64,000 nt of DNA, taken from assembly GCA_965219685.1 (NCBI GenBank), contig CBDCOH010000002.1, forward strand, positions 2,720,001 to 2,784,000. The letters are read 5' to 3'. A program made the translations under genes and the position numbers. Positions 60,020 to 64,000 of the stretch are shown one piece after another. The notes beneath the pieces are model-generated. The model saw only the letters and a program-made list of their open reading frames with translations, searched no databases and was not told the origin of the DNA. Source of the DNA: Candidatus Spongiisociaceae bacterium (GTDB lineage: Bacteria > Actinomycetota > Acidimicrobiia > Spongiisociales > Spongiisociaceae). Numbering within the stretch: position 1 is the first letter of the stretch; the number at the start of each line of letters is the position of its first letter.

Positions 60020-60191
60020 ACCTCATTACCAACCGGATCCTGCTGTGCCCTCACGGGGGTACAGCAGGTCGGTCGGCTGAATTCGGCTCCATGCTCCGAG
60101 GTCAACAAACGGCTCTCCCCCACCCACCGCCTGTTCGGGAGTCCCGGCCAGGTAGGCGAGACGCCAGACGCTCTATCGGTTAAACCCTTAG

Positions 60192-60221
60192 CCCCTCTAA
60201 TCCAGCGACCCGTTAGAGGGG
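60192..60221. terminator. hairpin between convergent transcription units
   Basis: CCCCTCTAA-N12-TTAGAGGGG just past the permease stop. Confidence 0.55.
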
Positions 60222-60228
60222 ATCGCGT

Positions 60229-61053
60229 CTACTTCGCCATACTCGAGCGTAGGCTCGAGATAGCAAGCACGACGAAGAAGAGAATCACGGGCAGCACCGC
60301 CATGGTCGCGGAGCCCGACGTATTGGCGTGGAAACTGATCACCAGCCCGGCCAGCACGCTGAAAACGCCGATGCCGGCACTGGTAAGGATCATCGTCGGC
60401 ACTCTCCGAACGAGCAACGCGGCGGTTGCCGGCGGCCCGACGAGCAAGCCCAGTGCGAGAAGGGTACCCACGGTGCGGAAGGATCCAATTATCGCCAGGG
60501 TTATCAGCGCCAGAAGCACTCCGTTCGTCAGTCCGGGATGCATCCCCAGCAAGCGGGCTTTCTGCTCGTTGAAGGAAAGGGTGAGAAAGCCCCGGTACAT
60601 CAGAACGGTGGTCAGTATCACGATGACCGCCACCGCCACCAGCAGGAGTATATCCCCGGATGTCACACCCAGGGTGTCTCCGAACAGGATGGCCGCGAGG
60701 CTCCCGCTGTAGGATGGGGTTCGGGAGATGAATATCACCCCCAGCCCCAACATTCCCACGAACAGGAGGCCGATGCCCGTGTCCTCGGCGAAGACCGTCT
60801 GGCGATGCACGAGGTTGATACCACCGATCATGACCAGAGCGGCCAGCGCCGCGCCGATGAAGATGTTGAAGTCAAGAAGGATAGCGAGGGCTATGCCTGG
60901 AATCACGCCGTGAATCAAGGCATCCCCCAGGAAGCTCATCCCCCTGATCACCACCCACGTCCCTACCATCGAACCGGAAACGGCGGCAAGCGTGCCTCCG
61001 ATCGCTGCCCTCTGCTGAAAAGCCAACTCGAACGGTTCGGTAAACCACTCCAC
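60229..61053 (-). CDS. Zn/Mn ABC transporter permease (AztB/ZnuB family)
   Basis: GTWVVIRGMSFLGDALIHG, EDTGIG, ILFGD, FRTVGTLL. Confidence 0.92.
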   Translation of the reverse strand: MEWFTEPFELAFQQRAAIGGTLAAVSGSMVGTWVVIRGMSFLGDALIHGVIPGIALAILLDFNIFIGAALAALVMIGGINLVHRQTVFAEDTGIGLLFVGMLGLGVIFISRTPSYSGSLAAILFGDTLGVTSGDILLLVAVAVIVILTTVLMYRGFLTLSFNEQKARLLGMHPGLTNGVLLALITLAIIGSFRTVGTLLALGLLVGPPATAALLVRRVPTMILTSAGIGVFSVLAGLVISFHANTSGSATMAVLPVILFFVVLAISSLRSSMAK

Positions 61054-61098
61054 AGAGTCCCATCGTAGTGGGGCTAGGACCGGCTCAGTTCCCTGGAG

Positions 61099-61192
61099 TG
61101 GTGAGTGGTGAGTGGTGAATGGTGAGTGGTGAGTGGTGAGTGGTGGAGCCTTAACACACCACGATTCACCAATCACCAGCCACCGATCACCA
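61099..61192 (+). repeat. paired inverted heptamer arrays: (TGGTGAG)x6-7 at 61099-61147 and (ATCACCA)x4 at 61165-61192
   Basis: Complementary arrays separated by 17 nt, between the SBP stop and the permease start. Confidence 0.9.
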
Positions 61193-62545
61193 TCAGCCAA
61201 GTATCTCGGCGATCCTCTCAGCGTTAACTCGGAGCATCCCGATGAGGCTGTCTGCGCCCGAACCGGGTTCGCCGAGCGATCCGGTATAGAGTTCCACCAC
61301 CGCCACGTCGGAACCGGCCTCAGCCGCGAGTGCCTCTGCCAGCGCGGTGGACTCGATCGTCTCGGCGAAGATCGCCCGAACCCCTTCCTCCTGGATCCGC
61401 TCCACCAGGGCAGCAAGTTCTGCGGAACTGGGATCCGCCAGCGTCGCCCCGCCCGGAATAACCGTATCGACGATCTCGAAGCCGTACCTTGCCGCGAAGT
61501 AGCCGAGAGCATCATGGTTGGTGATCAGCTTGCGGTCCTCGGCGTGAACCGGAGCGAGGATTGACCTGATCTCCTCGTCAAGCGCCTCGAGTTCTGAAGC
61601 GTAGGACTCGGCCCGGCCTTCCCAATCGATCGACGGATCGAGCGCTGTCAACTGCTCGGCGATCAGGTGAGCGGCCTTGGCGACGCGCAGCGGATCCAAC
61701 CAGAAGTGGGGATCCCCACCAGTGTGGGCGTGCCCCTCATCCTCGTCATGGCCCTCATCCTCATCATGCTCATGACCCTCATCCTCATCATGGCCCTCAT
61801 CCTCATCATGCTCATGACCCTCATCCTCATCATGGCCCTCATCCTCATCATGGCCCTCATCCTCATCATGCTCATGACCCTCATCCTCATCATGGCCCTC
61901 ATCCTCATCATGCTCATGACCCTCATCCTCATCATGACCCTCATCCTCATCATGGCCCTCATCCTCATCGTGCTCATGACCCTCATCCTCGTCATGACCC
62001 TCATCTTCGTCATGACCCTCGTCCTCATGCTCATGACCCTCATCCTCGTCATGCTCCCCCATATGCTCGTCATGCTCACCCTCGTCCTCATGGGCATGGG
62101 CGCCTCCGGCGAACGGCAAGGGATCGAGCAGGTCGCCGACCTCCAGCAGGTTCACGCCGTCTGCTTCGGCTGCTTCCAGCACGTCGATGAGCCCCTCCTC
62201 CAACTGGATCCCGTTGGACACCACGAGGTCCGCGTCGTGCAGTAGGGCCACCTGGGCGGCCGAAGCCCGGTAGTCGTGCGGATCGGCGCCCACGGGGAGC
62301 AGCACGACCAGGTCAGCGTCGGTGCCCACTATGTTCGACACGATGTCACCCAGGATCGTGGTGGTCACCACGACCATGAGGCGTGACGACTCCGCGGCCG
62401 CGCCGGATTCACTCTCGCTTGCAGATGCTGCATCCGAGGTCGCCTCGGCGGTCGTTGCCACTTCTTCTCCGTCCGAACCGCAGGCCGCAAAGAGCAGCAG
62501 GCAAGCGAACATCCAAGACAGGCTACGGTTCCGGAGGGTGGTCAC
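61193..62545 (-). CDS. cluster A-I metal ABC substrate-binding lipoprotein (ZnuA/AztC family) with a ~125-aa His/Glu/Asp repeat loop
   Basis: Lipobox FAAC; GADPHDY, DPHFWLDP, NHDALGYFA; (HDEDEG/HEHDEDEG)n at about 61730-62100. Confidence 0.93.
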   Translation of the reverse strand: MTTLRNRSLSWMFACLLLFAACGSDGEEVATTAEATSDAASASESESGAAAESSRLMVVVTTTILGDIVSNIVGTDADLVVLLPVGADPHDYRASAAQVALLHDADLVVSNGIQLEEGLIDVLEAAEADGVNLLEVGDLLDPLPFAGGAHAHEDEGEHDEHMGEHDEDEGHEHEDEGHDEDEGHDEDEGHEHDEDEGHDEDEGHDEDEGHEHDEDEGHDEDEGHEHDEDEGHDEDEGHDEDEGHEHDEDEGHDEDEGHEHDEDEGHDEDEGHAHTGGDPHFWLDPLRVAKAAHLIAEQLTALDPSIDWEGRAESYASELEALDEEIRSILAPVHAEDRKLITNHDALGYFAARYGFEIVDTVIPGGATLADPSSAELAALVERIQEEGVRAIFAETIESTALAEALAAEAGSDVAVVELYTGSLGEPGSGADSLIGMLRVNAERIAEILG

Positions 62546-62564
62546 GGGTATTCCTTTCTGGGAA

Positions 62565-62585
62565 AAATGAGAATAAGTATTATAA
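62565..62585. promoter_or_regulatory. Zur/Fur-like operator upstream of the metal SBP gene
   Basis: AAATGAGAATAAGTATTATAA, an AT-rich patch sharing the AATGAGAAT core with the 58163-58325 boxes. Confidence 0.6.
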
Positions 62586-62650
62586 CTATGGAGGACGGGA
62601 CTGCAACAAGGTCAAGACCAGGACGGATGGATCGGTCGGTGGCGAGGCGG

Positions 62651-63079
62651 TCACTCCCGCATCCGATGACCGTCCTCGGGGCCGGCGCCCGGCCCTACCA
62701 GTAACGCGACCGGGGAGAACTCAGCCGCGGCGGTGGCTTCCATCGTTATCTCCCGGAACCCCAGGACGGCCGTCCTCAACCGCGCGGTGACGACGGCCGT
62801 TCTGGGACCGTATCCGGGGTCATAGGGGCAGGAGCACCGGACGAGCCGAGCGCCGTTGGCGCGCACCAGACGATCCGCCTCCTCTGAGGGCGAGCCGGTG
62901 GCGCCGAAGGGACGGAACGTCACCGGTGCGGCGGCGAGCGCCCCGGCCTCCGCGGCTGCTACCACCTTCTCCCTCGCCAGGACGACCTGTCCTATCGCGG
63001 CTAGGCCGTACATCAGCACCAACCCGAGTACGACCACACCAACCGCAGCAATCGCCGCCGAGCCTCGCTCCGATCTCAT
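62651..63079 (-). CDS. TadE/Rv3654c-like pseudopilin
   Basis: ERG/SA prepilin site, hydrophobic helix, AAEAGALAAA, ANGARLVRC. Confidence 0.8.
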   Translation of the reverse strand: MRSERGSAAIAAVGVVVLGLVLMYGLAAIGQVVLAREKVVAAAEAGALAAAPVTFRPFGATGSPSEEADRLVRANGARLVRCSCPYDPGYGPRTAVVTARLRTAVLGFREITMEATAAAEFSPVALLVGPGAGPEDGHRMRE

Positions 63080-63453
63080 CCGTTGCCTGAGGGAACCTCG
63101 ACCCTCATCGCAGTGGTCGACTCGAGCGGCACCCGGAGTCCTCCCAGGGCCGGGAGAACGGTGTGGCTGATCGCAACAGTGACCCGGGCCTGGCCGCCCA
63201 CCACCGGCGGGCGCGAGACTGTGACCCTCGCGCGTCGTCCGAGTTCCTCGCCGAGCGCAGTCCGGGCCGCCTTGATCGCCCTGGCCGGATCGGGGGCGAC
63301 GGCGGCCACGCGAGCACCCTCACGTGACGCCGTCGCCAGATGCAGGGAAGTCCTCGCCATTACCGCCACCTCGACAACCCCGACGATGAGGAGGAAGAGC
63401 AGTGGCATGACGAGGACGAACTCCATGGTGGCCGAACCTCCTTCCGCCCTCAG
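63076..63453 (-). CDS. TadE-family pilus assembly protein
   Basis: EGG/SATMEFVLVMP, ASREGARVAA; exact start unclear. Confidence 0.8.
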   Translation of the reverse strand: MRAEGGSATMEFVLVMPLLFLLIVGVVEVAVMARTSLHLATASREGARVAAVAPDPARAIKAARTALGEELGRRARVTVSRPPVVGGQARVTVAISHTVLPALGGLRVPLESTTAMRVEVPSGNG

Positions 63454-63650
63454 CCGATGAGCCCGTGGATGCCGCGCACCACCGCGCCGAAGAACTTTCC
63501 GAACAGGCTCGTCTTGTTGATCCACGCCAACAGCAGCGATGCCAGCCCGGCCGCGCACATACCTACCAGGGTGTACTCGACGGTTGCCTGACCTTCTTCT
63601 CCGGCGACAGCGCGGATCGCACGACGGACCATACGGGTGATTGCATTCAT
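63450..63650 (-). CDS. Flp-type pilin (DUF4244-like)
   Basis: EEG/QATVEY Flp motif followed by a hydrophobic helix. Confidence 0.85.
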   Translation of the reverse strand: MNAITRMVRRAIRAVAGEEGQATVEYTLVGMCAAGLASLLLAWINKTSLFGKFFGAVVRGIHGLIG

Positions 63651-63718
63651 TGTGGGTTTCCTTTCTCCCGCCGCGGCGGGTAGACCGGCGTCCGGCCGGT
63701 GCGGGGGGAAGTGACATC

Positions 63719-64000
63719 TCAGAAACTCACGATGGGGCCCAGGAGGCGCACCATCGAAGGCAGGACCAGCGGCCCGACCATGAGGATCAGCAAGCCGGGG
63801 AGCATCAGCAACGTGAGCGGGAGAACCATCTTCACGGGAAGGCGTCGGGCCCTCTCCACCGCTGCCGCCCGGGCCGCTGCCCGGTGCTCGGTGGCCAGGG
63901 CGGTCAATGCCAGACCGAGTGGCGCTCCCGAGAGTTGCGCCGCTCCCACCTGGCGGAACATGCGACCACCGACACCGCCCGAGTTCAGTAGCGAAGCGGC
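63719..64000 (-). CDS. TadC/type II secretion F-family protein (5' end outside window)
   Basis: GAPL...ERARRLPVKMVLPL...LP C-terminal signature. Confidence 0.85.
   Translation of the reverse strand, partial: AASLLNSGGVGGRMFRQVGAAQLSGAPLGLALTALATEHRAAARAAAVERARRLPVKMVLPLTLLMLPGLLILMVGPLVLPSMVRLLGPIVSF

Noticed and set aside
4669-61515. Long N-terminal extensions in the ORF track (4669, 21033, 26213, 36427, 54855, 61515) suggesting gene fusions
   Set aside because: They overlap upstream genes in another frame or run through repeats; real starts are the downstream coupled ATG/GTG codons, as expected in high-GC DNA
58543-62245. Val-, Met/Arg- and Ile/Leu-rich ORFs (58543-58782, 59642-60010, 61663-62097, 61667-62245)
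   Set aside because: Alternative-frame or antisense shadows of the His-rich repeats

Overview
High-GC actinobacterial chromosome segment. Gene content and style suggest class Acidimicrobiia; this is an inference. Mostly core metabolism: ino1, a cytoplasmic Mo-bisPGD oxidoreductase, nucleoside phosphorylase with adenosine deaminase, an 11-subunit complex I (nuoABCDHIJKLMN, no nuoEFG), potABCD, queG, tpx, two tandem double-domain histidine phosphatases, a K+-dependent membrane pyrophosphatase, glcB with an alpha-hydroxy-acid oxidase, a DUF1998 helicase and the end of a Tad/Flp pilus locus. Accessory features: an ISL3 element that splits ackA with an 8-bp target duplication, a toxin-antitoxin cluster with decayed copies (VapBC45, RhuM-Fic, an IS21 remnant), a HEPN-type pair, and a one-polypeptide kinase/regulator whose receiver has Asn in place of the phospho-acceptor Asp. 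Three things stand out. (1) A metal-homeostasis island at 58.1-62.6 kb: three Fur/Zur-like boxes at an exact 71-bp period precede a CDF exporter, whose N-terminal HECDTHEHH repeat is also encoded as a free-standing 75-aa His/Cys peptide, facing a His-rich Zn-type importer. (2) Intergenic heptamer arrays that follow a strand rule (G/T-rich after stop codons, C/A-rich before start codons) and form near-complementary head-to-head pairs. (3) An orphan ~160-nt structured element between potC and potD that resembles an IS110 non-coding end.
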